DNA of 56,484 nucleotides from Candidatus Acetothermia bacterium (GCA_046543285.1 JBKGZS010000002.1:1-56484); one strand, 5' to 3'; shown: positions 18,295 through 27,967, numbered from the stretch's first letter. Notes: generated from the sequence alone by a model not told the origin. Program-made: numbers and translations.

Positions 18295-19847
18295 GATGAG
18301 CCTCCAGTCATCAACAGGCCAATTTCCTGCTTGCTTACTGCATCGGGGTCTACGGTGTCGACAAAAGTCCCCTCAAACATTACTGCGACTCTGTCGCTTA
18401 GAGAAAGTACTTCATCGAGATCTTCAGAAACCAGTAGAATTGAGGTCCCCTTCTCTCGGAGATCCATGAATAGTTCCCAGATATTCTTCACTGCTTTGCG
18501 ATCAAGGCCGTGAGTAGGGTGGGAGGCGATGATTAGTGACGGTTCTCGCCAGGTCTCTCTTCCCAGAATCAGGCGTTGGATGTTACCTCCGGAGAGGATT
18601 CTAGTGTTTGATTTCCAGAGGTTCGGTGCAATGACCGAAAACCTTTCCACAAGCTCCCGTGCATGTTCGGTTATCTGTGAGTGGTTGAGGAAGAACCAAC
18701 GACAGAAGGGAGAGGTTCGATAATCCTTGAGGACGATATTTTCGGCTACGGACATTGATTCTACCACTCCTCTATCCCTCCTTTTTTCGGGCATATGGGC
18801 TACATCTTGTTCAATGACCGCTCGGGATCCGGCCCCGGTCATGTTTTCTCCGGAAATCTCTACCATTCCGCTTTCGGGCTCACGGAGGCCCGTTAGTGCT
18901 TCAATCAATTCTGACTGCCCGTTTCCCGACACTCCTGCTACTCCCAGTATTTCCCCTTGCATGACCTCGAAGGACAGATTTAGTACCTTCCGCTCTCCGG
19001 CTTGACCAGCGACGGATAGATCATTTACGTTCAAAGTTTTTTCTTCTTGTACTGTTTCTTTCCGCTCGAGCTTGATCGGTATTTTTTCGTCAAGCATCAT
19101 CTGGGTCAGTTCGTCCTTGTCGGTTTCCTCGATATTTCTCTCCCCCATGACCTCGCCTAACTTCAGAACTGTTACCCTATCGGAGACTTTCATTACTTCT
19201 TCCATCTTATGAGTAATAAACAGGATGCCAAAACCCTCTGTTGCCATTTCTCTGAGTACCTGAAACAGATCTTGGCTCTCCTGTGGGGTAAGGAGAGACG
19301 TGGGTTCGTCCAGCAGCAAAACCTGCGGTCGATAATAAAGGACTTTCAGGATTTCCGCTCTCTGTTGTTCCCCGGCAGAAAGCTCCGATACTTTAGCTGT
19401 TGGATCGACTGCCAGACCGAACTGTTGGGAAAGATCTTCTATTTCTCTCTCAACTCGTTTGAGAGGATAGCTGAGTGGGGGGCTGTCATTTCCAAGTAAT
19501 ACGTTCTCTGCTACCGTAAAAGGTTTAGCGAGCATTACCTCTTGATGAATCATTCCAATACCATGGGCCAGACCATCCTGAGGTGAATGTAGGGCTACTT
19601 CTTTGCCTTCGACGAAAACCTTTCCCCCGGTGCTGGTGTAGAAGCCGGAAAGAATATTGGCCAATACGGTTTTTCCTGCACCGTTTTCGCCCAGAAGGGT
19701 ATGAACTTCCCCCTTTCGGATTTCCAGATCGATTTTATCGAGGATCAGGTGCTCCCATACGCCAGGGAAGCCTTTGGAAATACCCTTCGCCCGGAGCAAA
19801 ATCTGTCCGTCTTCTGTTTGCTGCGGTTGGCTTTCAGTTTCGGTCAT
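18291..19847 (-). CDS. ABC transporter ATP-binding protein with duplicated ATPase domains
   Basis: 518 aa. Two Walker A sites (GENGAGKT, GVSGNGQS) and two signature motifs (LSAGEQQR, LSGGNIQR). Confidence 0.9.
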   Translation of the reverse strand: MTETESQPQQTEDGQILLRAKGISKGFPGVWEHLILDKIDLEIRKGEVHTLLGENGAGKTVLANILSGFYTSTGGKVFVEGKEVALHSPQDGLAHGIGMIHQEVMLAKPFTVAENVLLGNDSPPLSYPLKRVEREIEDLSQQFGLAVDPTAKVSELSAGEQQRAEILKVLYYRPQVLLLDEPTSLLTPQESQDLFQVLREMATEGFGILFITHKMEEVMKVSDRVTVLKLGEVMGERNIEETDKDELTQMMLDEKIPIKLERKETVQEEKTLNVNDLSVAGQAGERKVLNLSFEVMQGEILGVAGVSGNGQSELIEALTGLREPESGMVEISGENMTGAGSRAVIEQDVAHMPEKRRDRGVVESMSVAENIVLKDYRTSPFCRWFFLNHSQITEHARELVERFSVIAPNLWKSNTRILSGGNIQRLILGRETWREPSLIIASHPTHGLDRKAVKNIWELFMDLREKGTSILLVSEDLDEVLSLSDRVAVMFEGTFVDTVDPDAVSKQEIGLLMTGGSS

Positions 19848-19875
19848 CGAGCCTGATAATGATTTCTTTTTGAGG

Positions 19876-19911
19876 CCAAACCCGCCGGCTACGATAGACC
19901 GACGGGTTTGG
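19876..19911 (-). promoter_or_regulatory. Intercistronic stem-loop between the binding-protein gene and the ATPase gene
   Basis: CCAAACCCGCCGG (19876-19888) pairs with CCGACGGGTTTGG (19899-19911) at 12 of 13 positions, with a 10-nt loop. No U-run follows on the transcribed strand. Confidence 0.45.
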
Positions 19912-19946
19912 TGTGGTAAAGATCGCTTTGCTCCCTTGGGGAGAAC

Positions 19947-21143
19947 TTATGGGTACTGTTCACGGATTTCTTTTATTTCCGATTCCGTCGTGGCAGACGG
20001 GACTTCTAGCTGATCGGTCAAGATGAGATTTTCCAATTTGTTAACTCCATCCCAGACGAAATAGGGGATTTTGTCTCGCATTTCTAGCCAGTTTTTCTCA
20101 ATCTGCCCGGTTTCCTCTTCCTCCAGAGCTTCAGCGTTGACAGCGAAGGGTAAAAATTCTTTCAATTCCGTGAATCGACTGATACCAACTCCCCCGCCGG
20201 CCAAACCCAGCTTTTCCGTCCCGCCTTGGAATTCTCCTTCCAGGGTCTCTTCTATCATCTGGTACGTGGCCTGGTCTAGTCGTTTGAGGGCACTAGCAAT
20301 GACTTTATTTCCCTCCCCCATGTAATCCTGATTGGCATCCACGCCTATCATAAACGGAGGACCGGCATCTCTGTCTTCAGCACTCAGCTTGTCGTTTATG
20401 GCCTCCAAAATCCCAAAGCCAAGGGGGGCGGCTACATTGAATATCACGCCTGCATCTTGTGCCAGCTGGGCTTCTGCTGCCGACTTGCCTTTGGCCACAT
20501 CGTCGAAGGTACCGGTGTAATTCCAGAGCAGACCCACATCCGGTCGCTCTCCGGTCACGCTTTCGTAGAAATTCAACCCCCAGTGAATCCCGTATCGATA
20601 GCCGGCTTCGAATCTCCAGAGAACTGGAATCTCTATTCCCAGTACGGCCCCCACCTCGGAATATTCGTAATGGGCCGCCAGCATGGCGGCAAGAGCACCG
20701 GCCAGTGCACTGTTCTCTTGTTCTTTGAAGAGAACGTTCTTCACGTTCTCGTGATCTACCGCTGCATCCAGAAAGCCAAATTTTTGATCTGAGAACTCCT
20801 GGGCGGTCTCGTCCATGGCGTCTTCTAGCAGGAAACCTATGCCGATAATCAGCTCGTATTGGCCTGTTCTGGCCAGATCGCGCAAGGTTGGCAGGTAATC
20901 TGCTTCGCTAGAGGGTTGGGCCACTGTCAATTCGAATCCGAAATCTTCCGCCGCTTTGTCGGCGCCTTTAAAGGCCATATCGTTAAAACTTAAATCCCCT
21001 CTTCCTCCTATGTCAGTGACCAGGGCAATCTTTGTCTCCTCTGCGTACCCGAGCTTCTGTGGGCCACAGCTTAATAAGCCGATCAGTAAAACAAGGATCA
21101 AACCGTAACCGATTACGTGGAAAGCATTTTTAGATCTCGACAT
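19947..21143 (-). CDS. BMP-family ABC transporter substrate-binding lipoprotein (nucleoside-binding type)
   Basis: 398 aa. Signal peptide with lipobox LLSC. BMP/PnrA-like sequence (VTDIGGRGDLSFNDMAF). Confidence 0.85.
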   Translation of the reverse strand: MSRSKNAFHVIGYGLILVLLIGLLSCGPQKLGYAEETKIALVTDIGGRGDLSFNDMAFKGADKAAEDFGFELTVAQPSSEADYLPTLRDLARTGQYELIIGIGFLLEDAMDETAQEFSDQKFGFLDAAVDHENVKNVLFKEQENSALAGALAAMLAAHYEYSEVGAVLGIEIPVLWRFEAGYRYGIHWGLNFYESVTGERPDVGLLWNYTGTFDDVAKGKSAAEAQLAQDAGVIFNVAAPLGFGILEAINDKLSAEDRDAGPPFMIGVDANQDYMGEGNKVIASALKRLDQATYQMIEETLEGEFQGGTEKLGLAGGGVGISRFTELKEFLPFAVNAEALEEEETGQIEKNWLEMRDKIPYFVWDGVNKLENLILTDQLEVPSATTESEIKEIREQYP

Positions 21144-21319
21144 TTAGAAGATACCCCCCGTGAAAAATTCTCTTGGATCAGTTAGAGACTTTGAAATCAC
21201 AGCTGCTCTTTACCGAAGAACTACCCACCTCCCTTTTGGAGTTCCAGTTGCTTGATTGGTTTTAGAAACTTGCAAAATTGCAAAAGCCCGCAGAGTGACT
21301 GAATGCTCATGGGTTAACG

Positions 21320-21559
21320 TTACTCCTCAGTTGGTTCAAGCAGGGCCAAAATATCGCCGATTTCGGCTTCTTGCCCCTCCTCGACCATGATTTCTTTCAC
21401 TTTCCCTCCGCAGGTTGACTGAACGGGAAAAGTGGTCTTCATAGTTTCGACTTCTGCAGCCTCGCCTCCTTCTTCCAGCCGATCCCCTACCCCTACCTTC
21501 CATTCGGTTACAGTCACTGTTTCCACTTTCCCTACGTCGGGAACCTTAAGACTTTCCAT
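21320..21559 (-). CDS. Stand-alone biotinyl/lipoyl attachment domain protein
   Basis: 79 aa. E2-lipoyl-like N-terminus (KVPDVG...VTEWKVGVGD). The modifiable-lysine motif reads VETMKT, i.e. biotinyl-type MK rather than lipoyl-type DK. Confidence 0.65.
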   Translation of the reverse strand: MESLKVPDVGKVETVTVTEWKVGVGDRLEEGGEAAEVETMKTTFPVQSTCGGKVKEIMVEEGQEAEIGDILALLEPTEE

Positions 21560-21675
21560 TATTGCAAATACCCCCTAGCAAAATATCAATCTATTTTAGG
21601 GAAGTGGGTAAATTTTGGCAACTGTGTTGGCAAGTTGGAGTTGATGAACTATACTTTTCTTCAGGTGATTTGTAT

Positions 21676-22551
21676 ATGGCCGTTCTATTAGATAATCAAA
21701 CCAAACTAGTCGTGCAGGGAATTACCGGCTCTGAGGGGAAATTCCATACCGAGAGAATGCTGGAGTACGGTACTCAAGTTGTGGCGGGAGTTACTCCCGG
21801 CAAGGGAGGTACTGAAGTGATGGGCGTTCCCGTTTACGATTCCCTTGAAGGTGCGGTGAAAAATCACGAAGTAGACGGTTCGGTGATCTTCGTTCCTTCT
21901 CGATTTGCCAACGACGCCATTCTTGAAGCGGTTGGCAACGGGCTCGACCTGGTGGTCTGTATCACTGAGCATATACCGGTCCATCAAGTTATGGTCAGCC
22001 AGCATTACCTTGCAAACCACACTACTTCGACTCTAATCGGCCCTAATTGTCCGGGGGTAATTTCTCCCGGCCTGGCCAAGGCGGGCATCATGCCTGGAGA
22101 GGTCTTTGAGCAGGGTCGAGTAGGGATAGTTTCTCGGAGCGGCACTTTGACCTATGAGATCGCCGCTGCCTTGACCGAAAGGGGGTTGGGCCAGTCATCG
22201 GTGGTGGGTATAGGCGGTGACCAGATCGTGGGAAGCACGTTTATAGACATTATCGACTTGTTTGAAGCCGACCCGGACACCGATCTCATCGTCATGGTGG
22301 GAGAAATTGGCGGTAATCAGGAAGAAAAAGCAGCTCACTTTATCGAAGAAAACGTCAGTACTCCAGTAATTTCCTATATTGCTGGTTTCCATGCACCGAA
22401 AGGTAAGCGGATGGGGCATGCCGGTGCAATTATCTCCGGCGAAGAGGGTACTGCCCAGGCCAAAGCCAAAACTCTGGAAGAGACAGGGGTTTCAGTTGCT
22501 AGAACCCCTGATCAACTAGGTGAACTGGCCACGGAAAAGATTTCCGCTTGA
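21676..22551 (+). CDS. sucD: Succinate--CoA ligase (ADP/GDP-forming) alpha subunit family protein
   Basis: ORF-track start 21562 trimmed to ATG 21676 (MAVLLDNQTKLVVQGITGSEGKFH). Phosphohistidine loop GKRMGHAGAII. No sucC adjacent. Confidence 0.85.
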   Translation: MAVLLDNQTKLVVQGITGSEGKFHTERMLEYGTQVVAGVTPGKGGTEVMGVPVYDSLEGAVKNHEVDGSVIFVPSRFANDAILEAVGNGLDLVVCITEHIPVHQVMVSQHYLANHTTSTLIGPNCPGVISPGLAKAGIMPGEVFEQGRVGIVSRSGTLTYEIAAALTERGLGQSSVVGIGGDQIVGSTFIDIIDLFEADPDTDLIVMVGEIGGNQEEKAAHFIEENVSTPVISYIAGFHAPKGKRMGHAGAIISGEEGTAQAKAKTLEETGVSVARTPDQLGELATEKISA

Positions 22552-22581
22552 TGGAGGCTCGCTTCCTTTCAAGGGGGATAA

Positions 22582-23649
22582 ATGGGTTTTAGCTGTGGCT
22601 TTCTAGGTCTGCCAAATGTTGGTAAATCAACTATTTTCAACGCCTTGTCCGCGGCAGGAGCCGCCGTCGAGAATTATCCTTTCTGTACAACTCAAGCTCA
22701 AATAGGTACAGTTTCCGTCCCTGACTCGGCTCTGGATCAGTTGGCTGACCTGTTTCCTGAAAAAGAGAAGGTCAATACCAAGCTCGAGTTTATAGACATT
22801 GCGGGTCTGGTCGAAGGCGCCCATCAGGGCGAAGGCCTGGGTAACCAGTTCTTGTCCGATATCCGTGGCGTCGATGCGCTATTGCACGTGGTTAGATGCT
22901 TTGAGGACCCCGATGTAGCAGCAGCTCAAGGAGGTGTGGACCCCCGGGGTGATGTGGGGGTTATCCAGACCGAATTGATGTTAAAAGACCTGGAAACGGT
23001 GGAAAAGAGGTTGGACAAAGCCGATCCGAATGACCCCCTTCAGCCCTTGTTTCTTAAGCTGAAACGCGAACTTGAAAGCGGAACTCCCTTGAGACAGGTC
23101 GACCTTACCCAGCAGGAAAAGCAAGAATTGAAGGGGATTTCTCCCTTGACCTTAAAGCCTGTGCTTTACGTTGCCAATGTCAGTGAAGACAGCTCTCCCG
23201 AGTGTCCTCGGGAGGTAGAGAAAAACGCCCAGGAGAATCAGGCTCCGTATCTGAAAATACATGGGGAGATCGAGGCCGAAGTGGCTGAGCTCGTCGAAGA
23301 GGAGGAACAGAGCCAGGCCTACCTCGAGGCATGGGGTGTAGAAGAATCTTCCCTAAGCAGAATGATCAAAGCCGGTTACCGATTGCTCAATCTCGTCACT
23401 TATTATACCATTGAAGGGCCGGAGGTCAGGGCCTGGACTATATCCTGTGGATCTACAGCCCTTGATGCTGCGGGTCAGATTCACAGCGACTTTGCGGATC
23501 ATTTTGTTCATTGCAAAGTCATTGAAGTGGATGATTTGATCTCCGCTGGGTCCATCAAAAAAGCCCAGGAACAAGGCCTCTTACGGCGCAAAGGGGAGGA
23601 TTATGAAGTTCAAGACGGCGACGTATTGCGAATCGTTTCAGCGGCATAG
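22582..23649 (+). CDS. ychF: Ribosome-binding ATPase YchF
   Basis: 355 aa. MGFSCGFLGLPNVGKSTIFNAL N-terminus and TGS-like C-terminus. Confidence 0.9.
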   Translation: MGFSCGFLGLPNVGKSTIFNALSAAGAAVENYPFCTTQAQIGTVSVPDSALDQLADLFPEKEKVNTKLEFIDIAGLVEGAHQGEGLGNQFLSDIRGVDALLHVVRCFEDPDVAAAQGGVDPRGDVGVIQTELMLKDLETVEKRLDKADPNDPLQPLFLKLKRELESGTPLRQVDLTQQEKQELKGISPLTLKPVLYVANVSEDSSPECPREVEKNAQENQAPYLKIHGEIEAEVAELVEEEEQSQAYLEAWGVEESSLSRMIKAGYRLLNLVTYYTIEGPEVRAWTISCGSTALDAAGQIHSDFADHFVHCKVIEVDDLISAGSIKKAQEQGLLRRKGEDYEVQDGDVLRIVSAA

Positions 23650-23657
23650 AGGAGCTC

Positions 23658-24233
23658 ATGAATACAGAGTGCGAAATCGATGAAGATGAGCTTTTTGGGC
23701 CCGAAACTCTGATGGTTTTTCCGACCGATACCATCTACGGATTGGGAGGTAACGGTAGAAACAAGGAAGTGGTAGACCGCATTTACAGAGTTAAGAGAAG
23801 AAGCAGAGATAAGCCATTATCCCTCCATCTCTTTCACCCGGAGGCTTTAGATCACTACGTATCGGAGCTGGATCAGCGACAAAAAGACACAATTCAAGAC
23901 TTGCTTCCCGGCCCGTACACCTTAATTTTGCCTGCTGGACCAAATGCTCCTGCAGTATCAGTTAGCGCGGAAAGGAAGGTGGGGATTCGAGTCCCCGATT
24001 CGGATTCCTTCAGGAGGATTGAAGACTATATCGATTACCCTCTAGTGGGTACCAGTGTAAACAAATCTGATGAACCTCCGTTAACGGATTTCGATCGGAT
24101 AGTGGACAAGTTTGGAGGTTTAGTGGACCTGTTTATTCAAGGCGAGGAAGAAATGGACGGCAGCTCCTCGACAGTTCTGGACCTGACGTTTCATCCCCCC
24201 AAAGTTCTCCGGGGACCGTATCCCCGGGAGTGA
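23658..24233 (+). CDS. tsaC: L-threonylcarbamoyladenylate synthase (YrdC/TsaC family)
   Basis: 191 aa. FPTDTIYGLG motif, KRRSRDKPLSL and SVN motifs of the YrdC domain. Confidence 0.8.
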   Translation: MNTECEIDEDELFGPETLMVFPTDTIYGLGGNGRNKEVVDRIYRVKRRSRDKPLSLHLFHPEALDHYVSELDQRQKDTIQDLLPGPYTLILPAGPNAPAVSVSAERKVGIRVPDSDSFRRIEDYIDYPLVGTSVNKSDEPPLTDFDRIVDKFGGLVDLFIQGEEEMDGSSSTVLDLTFHPPKVLRGPYPRE

Positions 24234-24316
24234 ACCACCAAGGTTTCAATTCCACGAGGTGGGGGCGCGGAATCGAAAGGTGTTCCCGGACATTTCCCGC
24301 TCGACTGTATAAAGTA

Positions 24317-25075
24317 TCAACTAGGAGTCCTGGAGATAATTTTGGCAAAGGATTCGGGCTCCAGCGAGGCGCTCCCGATTAACCCCCCGTCGATATCCGG
24401 TTGACTCATTAATTCTTCTGCGTTATGAGGTTTAATGCTCCCGCCATATTGGATCCTAACGCTGGATGCCGTGGAGCTATCGTACAAGGTAGAGATCTGA
24501 TTTCTCGTGAACTCACAGCCTTCTTGTGCGTCAGAGGGGGAAGCCGATTCCCCTGTACCTATGGCCCAAATAGGTTCGTAGGCGATAATCATTTGTGCTA
24601 CTTGTTTGCCTGACAGGTCGTCCAGGCAGGTAGCGACCTGGTCGGCCAGGACCTCCTTTGTTTCTCCCTTGGCTCTTTCTTCTTCAGATTCCCCGATACA
24701 GAGGATAGGGAGCATTGCATGGTCGAATATCGCTCGGACTTTTTTGTTTACTAGAGAATTGGACTCCCCGAAGATATTTCTCCTTTCCGAATGTCCCGCG
24801 ATCACGTACGTAACCTCCATCTCCTCCAGCATGGCTGGTGATACTTCTCCAGTAAATGCACCTCCATCTTCGTAGTGGCAGTGCTGAGCACAGGCCTTAA
24901 GTCGGGACTGATTAGCTTTGGCCGTAACGAGGTCCAGGCTGGTAAAGGGTGGGGCTATAACCACTTCTATTTCTTTTGCTACTGGCATTTTGGGCTGGAA
25001 GTCCTCTAGAAACTCCTTTGTTTCGGATCGAGTCTTGTGCATCTTCCAGTTCGCGGCGATTATGGGTTTTCTCAC
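24317..25075 (-). CDS. tpiA: Triosephosphate isomerase
   Basis: 252 aa. AANWKMHK, AGHSERR, IAYEPIWAIGTG and YGGS motifs. GTG start preceded by GGGGGAGG. Confidence 0.9.
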   Translation of the reverse strand: MRKPIIAANWKMHKTRSETKEFLEDFQPKMPVAKEIEVVIAPPFTSLDLVTAKANQSRLKACAQHCHYEDGGAFTGEVSPAMLEEMEVTYVIAGHSERRNIFGESNSLVNKKVRAIFDHAMLPILCIGESEEERAKGETKEVLADQVATCLDDLSGKQVAQMIIAYEPIWAIGTGESASPSDAQEGCEFTRNQISTLYDSSTASSVRIQYGGSIKPHNAEELMSQPDIDGGLIGSASLEPESFAKIISRTPS

Positions 25076-25140
25076 GTTAATTCCTCCCCCTTGGATATTG
25101 GTTTTCTGTAGCTGGTAGCGAATTGATGAACATTTGTCTA

Positions 25141-25169
25141 ATTATAAGAATCCCGGCCTTAGACCACAA
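25141..25169 (-). promoter_or_regulatory. Predicted sigma-70-type promoter for tpiA
   Basis: Reverse strand reads TTGTGG-17 nt-TATAAT, about 60 nt upstream of the tpiA start. Confidence 0.4.
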
Positions 25170-25216
25170 TTGAACCGCGCTGACTGATTGAGGTGGATGT
25201 CTTCTGCGACCGCCCG

Positions 25217-25245
25217 TTGTGAGGTTGGGGGGGAGGGTTTATAAT
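25217..25245 (+). promoter_or_regulatory. Predicted sigma-70-type promoter for htpX
   Basis: TTGTGA (25217-25222)-17 nt-TATAAT (25240-25245), about 80 nt upstream of the htpX ATG. Confidence 0.4.
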
Positions 25246-25326
25246 TAAAAGTAGAAATCTCCAAAAACCTGCCGACGCGTGGTTTAAAAAGGCAGGAGTT
25301 ATTGTTAGTCTTGCCGGGTGGTAAAT

Positions 25327-26331
25327 ATGCAATCCTTTAAATTGAGACTGGGAATGTTAGGTAGCGTAGGGTTGATAATCGGAATAACTACCCTTGGAGC
25401 TGCCTTGCTCTTGAACGGGGTTTTGCATCTCTCATTCGTCTGGACTTTGATCTTTTTGATTCCTCTGTTCTTTTTGCAGTGGTACTTTGCTCCTCGAATG
25501 GTAGAGTACTCCATGCAGGTGGAGCCCGCTTCGCCCGAGCGGTACCCTGAGTTGCACCGCACGGTAGAGGAAATATCCAGAGATTCCCAGATGGAAAAAC
25601 CTGAAGTTATGATCTCACGGGTGGAGATGCCAAATGCTTTTGCTTACGGGAACATTTTTAGCGGGCACAAAGTTGCAGTTACCGATGGCCTCCTCGGCAC
25701 TCTGGAGCAAGAGGAGGTTGAGGCCGTCTTGGCTCACGAAATCGGTCACCTAAAACACAGGGATTCTGAGGTTATGATGTTTATTTCCATTCTGCCTGCT
25801 CTATTCATGATGCTTGGGCGAATGTTGTTGTGGTCCTCGATTTTCGGCGGCCGGAGGAGAAACGGAGCTCCGATCATTTTAGTTGCCTTTGGAGCCATGT
25901 TGTTTTACTTTTTGCTTAATTTATGTATTTTGTGGTTTTCTCGCCTCCGCGAGTACTATGCCGACGAATTTAGTGCCAATGCCATCGTGGACGGACCCCG
26001 GAAGTTGCAGGAGGGTCTGGCCAAGATCAACCACGCCATGGCCCAGTTGAAGGAGAGAAAAGCTCAGGGTCAGGGCTTTCAATCAGGCAGGCAAAGGCCG
26101 GAGCAGGCGGGAATTGGGATTAGCCCCTTGGGTGCGGGCATGAAGCCCTTGTTCATCAGTGACCCCGACGTCTCCCAACCTCTGGAGGGTTATTCCGACC
26201 GAGAGTTGGTGGAAAAGTACAAAAATCAACAAACTGGACTAGGCGCAAAGTTCTTTGAGCTTTTTACCACTCATCCTGAAATTTCGAAACGTTTAAAAGC
26301 CCTGGACAATATGCGTTCAGGCTTAACTTAA
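25327..26331 (+). CDS. htpX: M48-family zinc metalloprotease HtpX
   Basis: Trimmed to ATG 25327. Multiple TM helices and the HEIGHLKH zinc motif. Confidence 0.85.
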   Translation: MQSFKLRLGMLGSVGLIIGITTLGAALLLNGVLHLSFVWTLIFLIPLFFLQWYFAPRMVEYSMQVEPASPERYPELHRTVEEISRDSQMEKPEVMISRVEMPNAFAYGNIFSGHKVAVTDGLLGTLEQEEVEAVLAHEIGHLKHRDSEVMMFISILPALFMMLGRMLLWSSIFGGRRRNGAPIILVAFGAMLFYFLLNLCILWFSRLREYYADEFSANAIVDGPRKLQEGLAKINHAMAQLKERKAQGQGFQSGRQRPEQAGIGISPLGAGMKPLFISDPDVSQPLEGYSDRELVEKYKNQQTGLGAKFFELFTTHPEISKRLKALDNMRSGLT

Positions 26332-27776
26332 AGCCCTTGGTCGTACTTGAGTTCTGCCAGCAGCTGTTTCGCTTCTTGCAGGCTTCTTTCGGTAAGTTTT
26401 TCTGCCAGGCCGAGATAAGAAGTTGGTGATAAGGCGCGCAGCCGCTCTTCTTCTCCCTCGGATAGGGATAGTTCGTCGCTTATTTCAGCAAGTATCTCGT
26501 CTTTGTGGCCCGGCGCTTTGCCGCGAGACTTATCCTTCACTGTCTCATAAGCTTCTTTAAAGCCGGATTTTCTGAGAATAGTCTGCCAGCCTTCGGTCAC
26601 CACTTCCGGATGGTCGTTCAAATCTCTCTTGACTCGTTGTTCATCAACAAGGACTTTTTCCAGCCCCTTGTTCAGCTTTTTATAGGCCAGGAGGCAGTGG
26701 GCAAAAGCGGAACCAATATTCCGCATCACGGTGGAATTAGAGAGATCTCGCTGCAATCGAGATTTGGTTATGTAATCCGCGATAAAGTGCAGGTCGGAAT
26801 TGGCCTTGCTCAAGTTTCCTTCGGCATTTTCGAAATCAATGGGGTTCAGCTTGTGAGGCATGGTTGAAGAACCAACTTCTCCCTTTTCCTTTTTCTGTTT
26901 GAAGTAACCTAGAGAAATATAGAACCAGGTGTCCCGAGCCAGGTCTATTAAAACATTATTTAACCTTATCAGACCGTGGAACAGACGGGCCAGGTTGTCT
27001 CCCGGCTCTACCTGAGTGACGGAGAGATTAGGTTTCAGGTCTAACGCGGAAACGAACTCTTTGCTAAACTGCAACCAGTCCAACTGGGGATATGCCGCCA
27101 GGTGGGCATTTAGGTTACCGGTTGCTCCGCACAGCTTGCCAGTCAATCGGCGATCAGCATTCGCAACCGCCTCAGCAGTGCTCGCCGTTCTCACTAAATA
27201 GACCGACCATTCTTTGCCCACCGTAGTGGGAGAAGCTGGTTGGCCGTGGGTACGGCCCAGCATGGGGGTGGTTTTGTTTGCATCCGCTTTATTCATGAGC
27301 TCTTCGATTAGGCTTCTCAGTTGGAACATCAGGCTCTTTCTCCACCCTTTACGGACCATCCGAGAGTAGGCCAGGTTATTAACATCTTCTGATGTCAACC
27401 CGAAGTGCAACAAAGGAGTGAGGGAAGAACAGTTTCGTTTTTCCAGCTCCCTGCGCAGGAAGTACTCCACGGCTTTGACATCGTGGTTGGTTGCAGGGAT
27501 GTCCTCATGGCCTTCCCGCTCTATGCGCCGGATCAATTGAGCGTCTTTTACGTCAAAACTTCTGTATATCTCGCGAAGAGGGGTCTCCTGTATCTGTTTT
27601 TCCCTTCCCAGTAGCTCGTTTAGACTGAGCAAGTATTCGATCTCTACAAAGACTCTCTCTCTGTGAAGTGCATATTCAGATAAATGCTCCGCTAACTCGT
27701 CGACCCGCTCCTTATACCTGCCGTCAATTGGTGAAATTCCAGTTATAGTAGTAATATCAGATTTGTCGGTGGGCAT
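26328..27776 (-). CDS. purB: Adenylosuccinate lyase
   Basis: 482 aa. Fumarate-lyase signature GSSTMPHKLNP. Long-form PurB length. Confidence 0.9.
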   Translation of the reverse strand: MPTDKSDITTITGISPIDGRYKERVDELAEHLSEYALHRERVFVEIEYLLSLNELLGREKQIQETPLREIYRSFDVKDAQLIRRIEREGHEDIPATNHDVKAVEYFLRRELEKRNCSSLTPLLHFGLTSEDVNNLAYSRMVRKGWRKSLMFQLRSLIEELMNKADANKTTPMLGRTHGQPASPTTVGKEWSVYLVRTASTAEAVANADRRLTGKLCGATGNLNAHLAAYPQLDWLQFSKEFVSALDLKPNLSVTQVEPGDNLARLFHGLIRLNNVLIDLARDTWFYISLGYFKQKKEKGEVGSSTMPHKLNPIDFENAEGNLSKANSDLHFIADYITKSRLQRDLSNSTVMRNIGSAFAHCLLAYKKLNKGLEKVLVDEQRVKRDLNDHPEVVTEGWQTILRKSGFKEAYETVKDKSRGKAPGHKDEILAEISDELSLSEGEEERLRALSPTSYLGLAEKLTERSLQEAKQLLAELKYDQGL

Positions 27777-27876
27777 GTTTGCTAGTACCTCCGGAACATT
27801 CTAAACTTTGCCGTCATGCTTTTAAAGTTGATCATGCAGATTGGATCTCGAAATCATTTAAATGAGGGAGAAGTGA

Positions 27877-27967
27877 GGCAATCGAGCTCACCGGCCGATC
27901 TGGCGGTCGAAAAACCGCTCTGTGCAGCACAGTGGCAGATGGTCTGAAGCCGAGCCAAACGATTGCC
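27877..27967 (+). promoter_or_regulatory. Candidate structured leader element (three-way-junction fold) upstream of the alpha/beta hydrolase
   Basis: Hand-folded. GGCAATCG 27877-84 pairs with CGATTGCC 27960-67 and encloses nested helices: GCTC/GAGC, (CC)ATCTG/CAGAT(GG), GCGGT-CGAAAA-ACCGC and CTGTG-CAG-CACAG. Class not recognised. Confidence 0.3.

Noticed and set aside
21562-21675. N-terminal extensions suggested by the ORF track (sucD 21562, fabI 2492, moeA 5814, MOSC 7687, rplM 36663, rpsI 51175, wecB 40763 and others).
   Set aside because: In each case a downstream start with a Shine-Dalgarno matches the conserved N-terminus of the family. The extension overlaps the neighbouring gene or a spacer.
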